From the NCBI GenBank assembly GCA_965224325.1, contig CBDCYT010000008.1, positions 5,455 to 69,454 of the forward strand: a DNA stretch of 64,000 nt. Reading direction: 5' to 3'. Below the pieces are notes generated by a model, which did no database searches, was not told the DNA's origin, and worked only from the letters and a program-made list of their open reading frames with translations. Both the position numbers and the translations under genes were made by a program. This document shows, one piece after another, positions 26,850 through 36,906 of this stretch (within the stretch, counting starts at the first letter, position 1; each line of letters starts with the position of its first letter). Origin of the DNA: Dehalococcoidia bacterium. GTDB lineage: Bacteria; Chloroflexota; Dehalococcoidia; Lucifugimonadales; UBA3495.

Positions 26850-27529
26850 ACGTCCCTGGTCGAGTGGCCTCCATCTTGGAACGACTGAAAATAGCCCCGG
26901 ACCGGGCCGATATTTCCTTGATTATCAGGCACGCCGAGCGAGAGGTGTTCCCAGTCGGCGCCTTGGGTACGGAAGTGCCCTTGACGGCCCGCGGAGTCGG
27001 TTCCGCGGAGATGCTTGGGGAGATGCTCCCAGCAAGCCGGACAGTAACCGCAGTATCCAGCCCCGTGCCGCGCTGTGTTCAGACCGCCGAGGCGATTCTG
27101 CGGGGCGTTGGCCGGGATGGCAACCCAGTCCTGGACCACCGGCTTGGGGACCCCGGCCCTTTCGTCGTTGACCCGGAGGCCTGTGGCCGGCTTTTCCTGG
27201 AGCTTCCTATCTCCGAAGTGGTGCGGCGGCAACTCTCCGACGCCCAGCCTCCTATGGGCATGCGCATCACTTCGGAAGGGGTCGATATACTCCTGGGCCT
27301 GGCGGCCGACCATCTCGGCTGGCAGGGACGGCTTAATATCTATGTCACCCATGACGCTATTCTGACCGTCCTGGTCGCCCACCTGTTCCGACTGCCTTTG
27401 CAGGAAGCCGGCTGGCCCGGCTTTTTGGACGGGCTTCTTCTATGGCGGTCCGCTGAGCGGCTCCATTTCATTTGGAGGGGACTCCACCAAGCTTCTCACC
27501 CAATCGGCCGTCAGCGAGATGGCCTCTAA
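26846..27529 (+). CDS. Histidine phosphatase (phosphoglycerate-mutase-like) family protein
   Basis: Motifs are LIIRHAERE (RHG-type) and IYVTHDAIL. The TTG start overlaps the upstream stop. The 3' end overlaps the convergent epimerase gene, so the true stop or extent is uncertain. Confidence 0.6.
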   Translation: MNVPGRVASILERLKIAPDRADISLIIRHAEREVFPVGALGTEVPLTARGVGSAEMLGEMLPASRTVTAVSSPVPRCVQTAEAILRGVGRDGNPVLDHRLGDPGPFVVDPEACGRLFLELPISEVVRRQLSDAQPPMGMRITSEGVDILLGLAADHLGWQGRLNIYVTHDAILTVLVAHLFRLPLQEAGWPGFLDGLLLWRSAERLHFIWRGLHQASHPIGRQRDGL

Positions 27530-28423
27530 CGCAGCGGTCTTGGCAGAGTAGCCGAGAATCAGTTTGGCCTTCTCGGTGCTGAACGCCTCCCTTTGTCCCT
27601 CTTCGCCCGGACGGTATCCCACATGCTCAATTGGCACGGTGTCCCCGGATGCATCGCGGCAAATTCGGGCGAGTTCCTCGATGGTCCGTTCCTGACCATT
27701 GCCAACGTAGAACTTATGCCCAACCACTTTCTCAACAGGAGCCTGGATCGCCAACGTCCAGGCCTCCACAACATCGTCGATGAACGTCAGGTCCCTGGTC
27801 TGCTGTCCGCCCTCGACGATGATGGGCTTGCCGTGCATGGCGTTCCACAACCACTTGAAAATGAAGACCTCCCGGCGCATGTTCGGGCCGATCACGACGC
27901 CGGTGGCCATGACTATCGACGGCACTCCGTAGGCGCGCCGCCACGCCCACATCGCCAGTTCGGCTGCCGCCTTGGAAAAGCCGTAGGGGTTGTGGGGAGT
28001 GAGAGGATGGTCTTCGTCCATCGGAAGGTAGAGAGGCTGGCCGACTTCGTTACCCGACCCGGCAAATATCAACTTCGAGACGCCCTCCGATCGCCGCACA
28101 GCCTCCAGGAGTTCAACGGTGCCTCCGATGTTTTGCATCACCGTATAACGAGGCGATTCAAAAGCCAACGGCGTATCCGGCTGCGCCGCCATGTGGACCA
28201 CTACCGAGTGCCCCGCCACGTCCGAGGGCTGGATGTCCTGAACGCTCTTCCACAGGTAGTGAAAGCCGGGATGGGTCAACTCCCGGCGCAACAGGGAGGC
28301 GTGACTGGGTGCGGCCACGTCGAGTCCGGTCACTCTATATCCAAGAGCCAACAATGCCCCGGCAAGGCGGGAGCCGCCGAAGCCCGCTGCTCCGGTGATG
28401 AGGACCTCCCGCTCAGCGGCCAA
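27440..28423 (-). CDS. NAD-dependent epimerase/dehydratase (extended SDR)
   Basis: It has VLITGAAGFGGSRL (the GxxGxxG Rossmann motif) and YGFSKAAAE (YxxxK). Confidence 0.85.
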   Translation of the reverse strand: MAAEREVLITGAAGFGGSRLAGALLALGYRVTGLDVAAPSHASLLRRELTHPGFHYLWKSVQDIQPSDVAGHSVVVHMAAQPDTPLAFESPRYTVMQNIGGTVELLEAVRRSEGVSKLIFAGSGNEVGQPLYLPMDEDHPLTPHNPYGFSKAAAELAMWAWRRAYGVPSIVMATGVVIGPNMRREVFIFKWLWNAMHGKPIIVEGGQQTRDLTFIDDVVEAWTLAIQAPVEKVVGHKFYVGNGQERTIEELARICRDASGDTVPIEHVGYRPGEEGQREAFSTEKAKLILGYSAKTAALEAISLTADWVRSLVESPPNEMEPLSGPP

Positions 28424-29819
28424 CTTGAATCCCGGTGTTTACCCCGTGGAGTTGGTCCATCCTGGCGTTGTCAACCGGTTTCGCCGCCTGAACTCGTCCT
28501 CTCCCCACCCCCATGTATTCAAAGCCCAGTTTGCCCATTTCGATGGGGTCCAGCACGTTTCTGCCGTCAAATATGAAACGCGGGGGTTCCATGCGTTCGG
28601 CTGCGTCCCGCCAATCGGTGTTGACTATATCGCTCCACTCGGTCACGAGGACCAACGCCTGGGCACGGTCCGAGGCTTCCAGCACGCTGTCGACAAGTTG
28701 GACCGAGGAGGGCAGTTTCGAACGCGCCGACTCCATGGCCCTGGGGTCGAACGCTCCCACCGAGGCGCCCTCCGCTGCCAGGGAACGTATCAGGTCGATG
28801 GCGGGGGCGTCCCGGATGTCGTCTGTACCGGGTTTGAACGCCAGTCCCAGGACGCCAACCCTCAACCCGGCCAGGTTGCCCTGGAACCGTTGGCGCAACG
28901 CGCGCAGCGGCAGACGCCGCTGCCGGTTGTTGGTGTTGATCACTGACCGCAGCAGATTGACGTTGGCGCCGCTCCCCCGGGCTATTTGGTCGAGGGCTCG
29001 GACATCCTTCGGAAAGCAGGAACCCCCGTAGCCAACTCCGGCGTGGATTCTGCTGCCAGTCCTGGAATCCATTGCGAGACCCTCACTAACGTCGTCGATC
29101 GAGGCTCCCAGGGAATCACAGAGTGCGGCGATCTCGTTGACGAATGAGATTCTGGTCGCCAGGAAAGCGTTGCTCGCGTACTTGATCATCTCGGCGCTGG
29201 TGATGTCGGTGGCCATGATTGGCGCGTCAATCCCGGCATACATCCGAGTCATCACTTCAACGGATTTAACGTCGTTTGAGGCTGCGCCGATTACAATCCG
29301 GTCCGGAGACTCCCAGTCGCGTACCGCCTGGCCTTCACGGAGAAATTCGGGATTGGCCACATACCTGATACGGGTCCCGGCTAGTTCCTGTTCCAGGATC
29401 CGAAGGCCGGAGCCCGGCGGCACCGTGCTCTTCATTGCTATGACCAGGTCTTCGGGATACATGGACTTGATCCATGACACGGCAGCCCTGACCTGCTGCA
29501 GATCGGCAGCCGCGCCCTGCGTCGGCGGCGTCCCCACGGCAACCAGGGCAATATCGCCCAGGTCTTCCTTGACTTCGTCGCGGTGCAAGAACCGGAGATT
29601 GCGCATTTGAAGCGCCGACCTGACCCACCGCCCCAGCCCCGGTTCGTACGACCAGGATTGTCCCCCCTTAAGGGCGCCAACAAGTTCCAGATTGATGTCC
29701 ACGGCCAACACATCGTGGCCGGCCAACGCAAGCCCCGCGGCGGCAACGGTGCCGACGTGTCCCAGTCCAACTACTGTTATCTTCAATCTTGCTTCCTTCC
29801 CTGGTTCAAAAGGTCCCAC
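28413..29819 (-). CDS. ugd: UDP-glucose/GDP-mannose 6-dehydrogenase family protein
   Basis: It has KITVVGLGHVGTVAA and the catalytic GGSCFPKD. The C-terminal UDP-binding domain is present. Confidence 0.88.
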   Translation of the reverse strand: MGPFEPGKEARLKITVVGLGHVGTVAAAGLALAGHDVLAVDINLELVGALKGGQSWSYEPGLGRWVRSALQMRNLRFLHRDEVKEDLGDIALVAVGTPPTQGAAADLQQVRAAVSWIKSMYPEDLVIAMKSTVPPGSGLRILEQELAGTRIRYVANPEFLREGQAVRDWESPDRIVIGAASNDVKSVEVMTRMYAGIDAPIMATDITSAEMIKYASNAFLATRISFVNEIAALCDSLGASIDDVSEGLAMDSRTGSRIHAGVGYGGSCFPKDVRALDQIARGSGANVNLLRSVINTNNRQRRLPLRALRQRFQGNLAGLRVGVLGLAFKPGTDDIRDAPAIDLIRSLAAEGASVGAFDPRAMESARSKLPSSVQLVDSVLEASDRAQALVLVTEWSDIVNTDWRDAAERMEPPRFIFDGRNVLDPIEMGKLGFEYMGVGRGRVQAAKPVDNARMDQLHGVNTGIQVGR

Positions 29820-29829
29820 AACCTGTTAG

Positions 29830-31142
29830 TCACGTTTTGTCCTCGTCTTCGTCTTCCGCCCCGGGACCCGAGAAGATCCCGAGCCGGACCAGTTCGCTGT
29901 CGTCGCCGGTCTGGCCGAACAGCCGGCAGGCGTTAAAGACGTCAACGGACCGTTGTTGGTCGGGAGTCAGACTCCCAGGGCGGCCTTCGGTGCCGTCTGG
30001 GAATATCAGCAATCCATCCGCCATCTGAATCAGGGGTGCCAGGGGTTCGCCGTGGGCGCTCTGGGGCCTGTGTTCATCCTCGTTTCTGATACCCATGTCA
30101 GGAGTCGCAGCGGGGAAGCAGGCTTCCTGAATAACGTCGGCAATGTGCCTCAAGCTATCGACCACGCCGTCAAGCACTTCCGGGTACTCCACATCTCTTT
30201 TCAGTTCCACCGGGGCCCAATAGTCGGTGGGCATTCCCAATTCGGCGCGCAGTCCCCCGAGTTTGTCTTGCAATGTGGTAAGGGAGTTGCAACCGACCCA
30301 CAAAGGAGTGCTCCCGGTTATTTCGAACTGGTTATGGTTAATTCCGAACCACACAACAGTGTGGTAGAGCTTTATATACCTTCCGTAACCGTACGATCGA
30401 GGAGTCGCTCGCAAGCCCTTCCGGTTTACCCATCCTTGCTGAATCCCTATTTCAGTGGCAGCATCGATGAGTCGCTTGTATAGACGGAGCTGAGCCTCTG
30501 AATCCGTACCGAATTCCTCGCCATGGTGGATGGGCTTGAACGCTCCCGCGTCGGCATACTTGGCAAGGCTCCGCAGTTGCCGAATTTCAGTCTCGACGCC
30601 GTGGTTGCCGTCGTCGCCGCTCCTGGCGGCCATGCTATCCAGAAGGCCTCCCCAACTCACTATCATCAAGTGCGATTGCCCGGCCCCCACCCGGACACAC
30701 TTGCGCTCCGAGTCGATCTCGGTCAAAGCGCCGAACTCCCCATAAAGACGCTCCTTCAGCTGGGGCCACAACGACTGAATTCGATCCTCTGGAGCTAGGA
30801 ACACCACGACGGCGGGGCCATCGCTGGGTAGCCGTTTGAGGTACGCATTGGGCTGTTGGGAGTGAGCCCAGCCCAGAACTTCACTTCGACGAGCACCCGT
30901 TCCTTGCCGTTTTCGTCGAAACCAACCAGGTCAGGGATTGTTCCATCCGCCTGAATCACCTGGGACTTCACGATGGTAACCGGGGCCACTCCCCTGGCGC
31001 CCGATTGGACTACGTCATTCAACGCCTCCACGGTGGAGTCCGAGTGATCGAAAATGTGACGGAGAGCTTCCGTAGCGATGTTCTCGGTATTGCCGGGGAA
31101 GCTGGAAACCAAGTAGGCCAGCAAAGTATCGTTGTCGGGCAT
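29830..31142 (-). pseudogene. PD-(D/E)xK-fold protein of unknown function, split by a single-base frameshift
   Basis: The 115-aa ORF ends ...IPDLVGFDENGKERVLVEVKFWAGLT. The adjacent frame continues QQPNAYLKRLPSDGPAVVVFLAPEDRIQSLW, which is the 325-aa ORF. The frame switch maps to the GGG/CCC run at 30858..30860. Repaired, the product would be ~437 aa. Confidence 0.7.
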
Positions 31143-31154
31143 GGATAACCTTCC

Positions 31155-31532
31155 TCAAGCCTGATCGCCCGGTTTCACCGGGTAGTCCTCCGACTTGCCC
31201 GTATCACCGGGCTGGATAACAAAGTCACGGCGGTCTCGGTAGAGGCGAGCACGGTTAATGACGTAGTCGCCTTCATCGTTGTAGGGGTCGATGTTGTTGT
31301 AGTGGGTCATCAGCCAGTACTTGTGATCCCCAATGAACAGGTAGGTGTTGTTCATGCTAAAGAAACGGCAGGCGACGCCTTCACCAGCGCGAAAGCGGGC
31401 GCAGATGGCGTCCAGCAGTTCTCGCTGGTTGTCCTTCTCGGTGAGAACGTATTCGTGGGGCCAGGTATCGCGGCAGGTGACCGCCTCCCGCCAACGAGCT
31501 CGGGCGATTAGCTCCGACAATTTGGCACCCAC
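31155..31532 (-). CDS. Hypothetical 125-aa protein (WPHEYV motif)
   Basis: The ORF lies 12 nt upstream of the PD-(D/E)xK gene on the same strand. Blocks TWPHEYVLTEKD and KYWLMTHYN...VINRARL look conserved, but I cannot name the family. Confidence 0.45.
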   Translation of the reverse strand: MGAKLSELIARARWREAVTCRDTWPHEYVLTEKDNQRELLDAICARFRAGEGVACRFFSMNNTYLFIGDHKYWLMTHYNNIDPYNDEGDYVINRARLYRDRRDFVIQPGDTGKSEDYPVKPGDQA

Positions 31533-31719
31533 TATGCACCCCCCTATTGTTCGTCTGTCACGGAAAGGAGTTATAAGCTTCGGAGTTCGGATGTGGCAGT
31601 GGCGGGGAGAAAATATAACACTGCGGTGTGTTGACGTCCAGGTGGTCCACTTTGAGGCGAGTGCAAAACTCGAGGAGGCGGCGTTTTAGGCGTCAAAAGT
31701 GGCTTTGGCGCCAGTGCGG

Positions 31720-32208
31720 CTATCGCGGGAGACTCTCCCGGTGAGGCGCTTCCCGCCTGGACCCCTTACGGCTGGGCCGGGATGCCCCAATCGACCGCCA
31801 CAGTTCGTGCAGGAACCGGACAAACAGGAAGAAGAACATCACTAGGCCGCCCCAGGCCAAGGTTTGCGCCCACCAGACACCTTCCGGTAGTTCGCTGACA
31901 ATCGCCAGCGAGCTTACGGTGAATAGCAACCAGGCGAAGAAGGCCATCATGGGAGCCAGGGACAGGACAGCCAGCACCGTCGCGGTCCGCAGCTTCTCCA
32001 CCATGCTGGCGGCCGCCAGGCATGGCGACAACACAAACAGGAAGGCCGCAACCCCCAGGCTCACCGGCTCAGGAAAGGTCGGGGCCGATATGTTGCCCGG
32101 AAACTCGTAGGTGCCGCCGGACGGCCCCCAGGTTTGGGCTATCATGGAGGCTGCCAGTAGCGCGAGGACCGAGTTGCCAACGAGCCAGTCGCGCCGTAGT
32201 TCGCTCAT
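31720..32208 (-). CDS. Integral membrane protein (about 4 TM segments)
   Basis: The likely start is MSELRRDW at 32208. Four hydrophobic stretches are visible. No other motif was seen. Confidence 0.5.
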   Translation of the reverse strand: MSELRRDWLVGNSVLALLAASMIAQTWGPSGGTYEFPGNISAPTFPEPVSLGVAAFLFVLSPCLAAASMVEKLRTATVLAVLSLAPMMAFFAWLLFTVSSLAIVSELPEGVWWAQTLAWGGLVMFFFLFVRFLHELWRSIGASRPSRKGSRREAPHRESLPR

Positions 32209-32242
32209 CTTTCCCCCAACTTCGTGGCCTGCGCCGCCGTCT

Positions 32243-33490
32243 CTAGGGCAGGTCAACCTCGTAAAACAGCGAGTAGTCAGCCACCTGTAGGCTGGAGCCG
32301 TCCGGCTGAAGGTCCCACAGGGTCAGGGTGTAGACTCCCGGCCCATGGGCCGCCAGGACTGGCGACAGGTCGACCGTGACGGCGAACGCATCACCACTGG
32401 CCTCCCAGGTGGAAGACGTCAGCCACCGCATCTTGAACGTATCGCCGTCCAGTTCCCGGCGGCTTAAACAGGCGTCGCGGGCCTCTCGGTACAACCGTTG
32501 GGCCTCAACAGCCGAACGCGCCGCCGAAAGGTGCGCGTCCACGTCATAGGGGCTGAGACAACTTTGAGGGTCAACAGACTCAAAGTCCCGCTGGCTGTAC
32601 ACCCGGCCCGGCGGAGCAGGAGGACGCAGCGCCGCCACAGGACGTCCAAGCGTCATGGAGGAACTCCGGGCCAACTGGCCCCGGGTGAGTGCATGAGGCG
32701 GCGGATCGTAAACCAGGTCTGCCCACAGGTCAGCAGGAGTGTCGAAGTGCGGCCCTCCGTGGACCGTCCCGGAGAACCTCAAGACCCCGCCCTCCAGAGA
32801 CGGCAAGCGGTCGAAGTTAACGTAGTCGCCCTCAAACACCTGGACACCAGCATGGTAGCGGGCATTCCACGCCAGGCCGATGTTCACCCGCCGGTACTCC
32901 GGGTCCAGCAAGGTAGCCCGATGGCCCGGGCTGTCCAGCCAGACGGCCAACATCCGGTCGATTCTCACCCGGATGTTAGGCTGCTGCCTCCGGTCGCCGT
33001 CACAATAGGCTTGGCCCAGGACATTTTCCCTATGAGGGTGGTAGCCACCAGCCAAGCTGTATCTCATGTAGGTAGTCAGCCCCTCGGTGTTCCAGTGGGA
33101 AGTCCAGCAGCCAGATAACTGCGCCTCGGCGTGTTGCTGGGCCGCCAGATTCCGGCCCAGCAGGACCGGCAAAACCCCGGCGTCAGACCGGGCGGCGTTG
33201 ATCAGAGAGAGCATATAAAGCCGGGAGCCAGCTAGGCTCAGGTCCCGCGCTGCCGGGGGCGGCGTAGGTGTGGGGACAGGAGACGGCGGGATTGCAGTAG
33301 GACTTGGGTCAAACGAGGGCAAGGGCGTAGAAGCAGGCGGACCCGTGAGGGTAGGCAGGAGGGCGGGAACGGTCGCGGTGGCGGCCGGGGCCGACGTGGG
33401 CCGGGACTCAGGACTATTGGGGCCGGCTGCTACACCGCAGGATACTAGGAACGCCAGGATGATGCCGAAGGGCAGCCACCGGAAAGCCAT
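32243..33490 (-). CDS. Secreted/lipoprotein CAP (SCP/PR1, YkwD-like) domain protein
   Basis: It has a signal peptide with a lipobox-like LVSCG, then a Pro/Thr/Ala-rich linker. CAP-type blocks follow (LINAARSDAGV, AAQQHAEAQ, WLDSPGHRATLLDPEYRRVNIGLAW). Confidence 0.7.
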   Translation of the reverse strand: MAFRWLPFGIILAFLVSCGVAAGPNSPESRPTSAPAATATVPALLPTLTGPPASTPLPSFDPSPTAIPPSPVPTPTPPPAARDLSLAGSRLYMLSLINAARSDAGVLPVLLGRNLAAQQHAEAQLSGCWTSHWNTEGLTTYMRYSLAGGYHPHRENVLGQAYCDGDRRQQPNIRVRIDRMLAVWLDSPGHRATLLDPEYRRVNIGLAWNARYHAGVQVFEGDYVNFDRLPSLEGGVLRFSGTVHGGPHFDTPADLWADLVYDPPPHALTRGQLARSSSMTLGRPVAALRPPAPPGRVYSQRDFESVDPQSCLSPYDVDAHLSAARSAVEAQRLYREARDACLSRRELDGDTFKMRWLTSSTWEASGDAFAVTVDLSPVLAAHGPGVYTLTLWDLQPDGSSLQVADYSLFYEVDLP

Positions 33491-34425
33491 CTGGATGGCT
33501 CCGTGGGGTTGGCTCGCCGCAACGGTCGCTGTCTCGACCTATCTAGGGAAATGCGTTTCCCCGCGACAACCCTCCCCACAGAGTGCCAATTGCCACTATA
33601 ATGGAATTGGCCTTTCGGGGCCTGTAGGGGTCACCGTCGAGGCGGCGATTCCTGCACGAGGCCCGGTGGGGACTCCAATTCCTCACCGGGCTTTTGGTTT
33701 ACCCGACAATGTTCAGGCTTCCGCCGAAGTATAGTGGCCGAGGTTATAGGCGTCAACACCGGTGTGGCTGTGCCCCAAAATCCCCTCGAAGGGGGTGATT
33801 TTGGGTCAGCAGAACCGATTTTGGGTCAACCAAGGTTTCTAGGGCCAAACTGAGACCGGGCCAGCTACCCCACTCTGGGGGAAACGAGGTATGATCGCCT
33901 GAGACAGAGGGTGGAGGCGGTTATGGAATTGAAGCTGCTTGGATTGTGGTTACTCACGGGCGCTATCTTCGTGTTGATGCTCATGCAGGTCTATTGTTAC
34001 CTTAGCCTTCGAGGTTCGATAGAACGAGCAGCCAAGCCACCAGAAAAATCAGAATCAACAACGGTGGGGGCACAGGTCGCTTCAACAAACCCTTCAGTAA
34101 CCAGTTCACCGCGACAGTCACAACGATAGCCACCGCCGCCGAACCGATAACATCGCCCATCATCCCTGAACCCCTGTAGAAAAGCAGCAACCGCGCCGCC
34201 TGGGGGAGATAGACGGCGCGGCTTGGTTGCCGGGTGGCCCCCCCAAGGCCCACCTGATCGAACCCGCCTGCGGGACCTTCTGCCAGCTCGAGGCCTCATG
34301 CTGGGGCCGGAACCACCCGGCCCACTCACAGGAATCCTTCCCCACCAGGAGCCTAGATAGCCAGGTTGCCCATATGTAGGGGCCGCCGCTCCGTAGCTCG
34401 GCCTTGATGATTCCCTCCGCTTGGG

Positions 34426-35667
34426 TTAATCGATCTTCCTGACCTGCCAGCGCATCAGGTCAGTGTCCCCGGCCTCCAGGTGAGCCAGCACGGTCGCCTG
34501 AAAGCGTAGTGCGCTCATCAGGGCGTGGAGGGTGATCCGGCGCAACCCCCGGACACAGTGACGCTCCAGACGGCGTGATTCCTTCATGCCCTTGAATACC
34601 CGTTCGATGGCCTGGCGCTTGGCATACATGGTCTTCCATGCGTGGCTGTCCCGCCTGACCCTCCCGAACAGCCGCAGGTTTTCAGCCGGGTCCTCCCATA
34701 CCTCTGAGTCGCAGTAGGAGACCGCGCCCTTGCGGCTGTTTTTCAGATGACAGCCCCCTTCACGGCATATACGGAGGCGTTTGCCGGTCTCCGGGTCGGT
34801 CCCGGCGTATTCCATCGGCTCCCCGCCCATGCAGGTCGGAACCCCCTCCGGGGTGTAGATGCCGTGGTGCAGGTCGGCCTTGGTTGGCCGCCGGATATGG
34901 ATGGTTGGCAACGTGCCCCGATTGTCCAGCCACTCATGGTTCGTGAGCGCATCGTATCCCTTGTCGGCAATCGCAACCTTCGGGTCCCACCAGTCGTACA
35001 GCGACGCCGCCCGCTCCATGACGGGCGGCAACATAGGCGAATCATTCTGATTGGCGGGTGTAACGATAATCGCCAGGGGTACGCCGTGATTGGCGTCGGC
35101 TACCGCGTGGCCCCGATAGCCGAACACCCACTCCTTGCCGTCATTCCGGGACTTGGGCGTGGCTTTGACTCTGGCGGAGTTCTTGTAGCCCCACTTGGCT
35201 TCGGGGTCACTGTGAGGCTTCCGGTTGCCATTGGAGTGAGAGCGAATGGTGGTGGCGTCCACCGCCACCACTTCGCCCAGGTTCGGCAGGTGGACGCGCA
35301 GCCGGTCGGTCGCACTGGCAAAAGCCTGCTCCACCAGGTCGGAGTGGTCGCTGAGGCGCTGGATGAACCTGTTGAAGGTGGTGCGATGCGGCAACGTGTG
35401 CCCGAAGCCGCACAGTCCCCGGACATAGGGGTCGTCCTCTAGGAGGCGGATCAGGGCGTTGGTGTGGGGCAGGTTGAGGGAGAAACTGGCGGCGTAGGCC
35501 CGCCACATGGCTTCCAGGGGATAGCCGGGGCGCCCAGTAAGATGGTAGAGGCTGAGGCAAAAGAGCAGTGGAGTGGCGTCGATGGCGTTTAGCTGCGCCG
35601 CCAAACTCGGCCCCTGGCCCGCTGGCAGGTCGGACTCGACCTGTGTGGTAGAATAAAAAATAGCCAC
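34426..35667 (-). CDS. DDE transposase, IS5/IS1182-like (IS4 superfamily)
   Basis: The 413-aa ORF has a DUF772-like N-terminus (GRPGYPLEAMWRAYAASFSLNLPHTNALIRLLEDDPYVRGLCGF). Further motifs are VAVDATTIRSH, IADKGYD and RQAIERVFKGMKE. Confidence 0.8.
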   Translation of the reverse strand: MAIFYSTTQVESDLPAGQGPSLAAQLNAIDATPLLFCLSLYHLTGRPGYPLEAMWRAYAASFSLNLPHTNALIRLLEDDPYVRGLCGFGHTLPHRTTFNRFIQRLSDHSDLVEQAFASATDRLRVHLPNLGEVVAVDATTIRSHSNGNRKPHSDPEAKWGYKNSARVKATPKSRNDGKEWVFGYRGHAVADANHGVPLAIIVTPANQNDSPMLPPVMERAASLYDWWDPKVAIADKGYDALTNHEWLDNRGTLPTIHIRRPTKADLHHGIYTPEGVPTCMGGEPMEYAGTDPETGKRLRICREGGCHLKNSRKGAVSYCDSEVWEDPAENLRLFGRVRRDSHAWKTMYAKRQAIERVFKGMKESRRLERHCVRGLRRITLHALMSALRFQATVLAHLEAGDTDLMRWQVRKID

Positions 35668-35768
35668 TCGGAAGTGCCATTTCCTTGTAGGCCAGAGCCC
35701 GTCGCAGCGTCAACTACGGCGGGTTCGTTTGTGTCGTCAACTATACAGGCGTAATCCCCCGGTTGCAA

Positions 35769-36425
35769 TCACCGGGGGAGGCCGTACAGCCTCCCCAACA
35801 CTACGGCAGTCTGGGCGATGGTCGCCAGTGCCTCCCGCCGCCCTCCGGGACGCTCGGCCGCATGGGCGGATTCCCCGCCGGCCGTCACCACCGCCTCGCA
35901 GCAGTAGGCGACATACCCATTCAACAGCTTCACCTTCCTGGCCTCATGCACCATGGCGGTTATCTTAGCGTCGGGAATCCCCTGGTCCATGAGCGCCGCC
36001 TGCACCGCCCCTCGGCATCCCATCGCCACGGAAGCCTCGTATTGACCATCGGCAAAATGCGCCACGACGATCTCCATGCGGCGGCGGACATCCTGCGGGA
36101 GACGGATGTGCTGGAATACCTGTAGGAACTCCTGGGGGACCCGAACGGACGGCTCTTTGATCACCGGGGTCTCCAGCAGCCTCCCGCCAGTCAGACCGTC
36201 TCGGGGCCGGATCGCCTCGTAGTGTGTTTGCGCTCTTCGGTCATAGTATTCGTCACCAATCTTGACTCCCAGCAGGGCGAAACAGCCGTCGCAGCGCACG
36301 TCAAATAGGCCGAACGCATAGAGCTGGGCATCTAGATAAATGGCTTTCCCGCAGGCCGGGCATCCAAGATCAGGCACGTAGGTCGTTTCCTCGACGATGG
36401 GTTCCTGGTCGGTCGCGGGTATCAT
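35769..36425 (-). CDS. Zinc-ribbon plus DUF4145-like domain protein
   Basis: The 218-aa ORF has an N-terminal CPACG...CDGC. The C-terminal helical region (ASVAMGCRGAVQAALMDQG...VVTAGGESAH) resembles DUF4145. This is a tentative assignment. Confidence 0.4.
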   Translation of the reverse strand: MIPATDQEPIVEETTYVPDLGCPACGKAIYLDAQLYAFGLFDVRCDGCFALLGVKIGDEYYDRRAQTHYEAIRPRDGLTGGRLLETPVIKEPSVRVPQEFLQVFQHIRLPQDVRRRMEIVVAHFADGQYEASVAMGCRGAVQAALMDQGIPDAKITAMVHEARKVKLLNGYVAYCCEAVVTAGGESAHAAERPGGRREALATIAQTAVVLGRLYGLPR

Positions 36426-36906
36426 ACTGGTAGCCTCCTGTTGGCTTCAACCCCCGGGGCGTTTTTACGAGACTGTATGGATGCCATGGCTTTGCGGCTG
36501 TTTGGGACGGGGGAGGAAAGGAGGTGCCCCAGTGGGGCCTACGGCTGTACCCAAGAACGCTCGCTCCAATATAGTGCGGTGACCGGGCCGCACATAGGGG
36601 TCTGGCCCAGGGCTACGCGAAAGCCCTTGCCAGGTGCGGTCCGACTACTTATCCCTAACCCGGCATCCCATACCAGGATTTTCATGGTCTCCCCAGTCCC
36701 AAGCAGCCGTAAACCTGCGTCTCTAGGCATCATATCCGAGTTTTGCACTCGCCTCCACTTTCTCGCCGCCCCTGACACCCAAAAGTAGCTCCTGCGCCAA
36801 AAGTCCGTCTTGGCCCAAAAGTACCCCGCCTGACCCAAAAGTCGGGCGAAACTTGGACTTTTGGCGCAAAGCCCCTTAGTGCTGATTCCGATTCCCACAG
36901 GAGGGC

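Larger units (their letters stand above)
33771..36868. mobile_element. ~3.1-kb transposase-bearing element with iteron-like subterminal repeats and end hairpins
   Basis: The left end has CCCAAAATC (33774..33782) pairing with GATTTTGGG (33797..33805), plus GATTTTGGGTCA twice (33797..33808 and 33817..33828). The right end has four direct (C/G)CCAAAAGT copies at 36779, 36797, 36815 and 36835 (18-20 bp spacing), plus the inverted ACTTTTGGCGC (36858..36868). The two ends are imperfect mirror images. Confidence 0.5.

Noticed and set aside
33911-34253. Overlapping small membrane-like ORFs on opposite strands (72 aa plus strand, 83 aa minus strand).
   Set aside because: I cannot decide which strand, if either, is coding. 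No motifs were seen.
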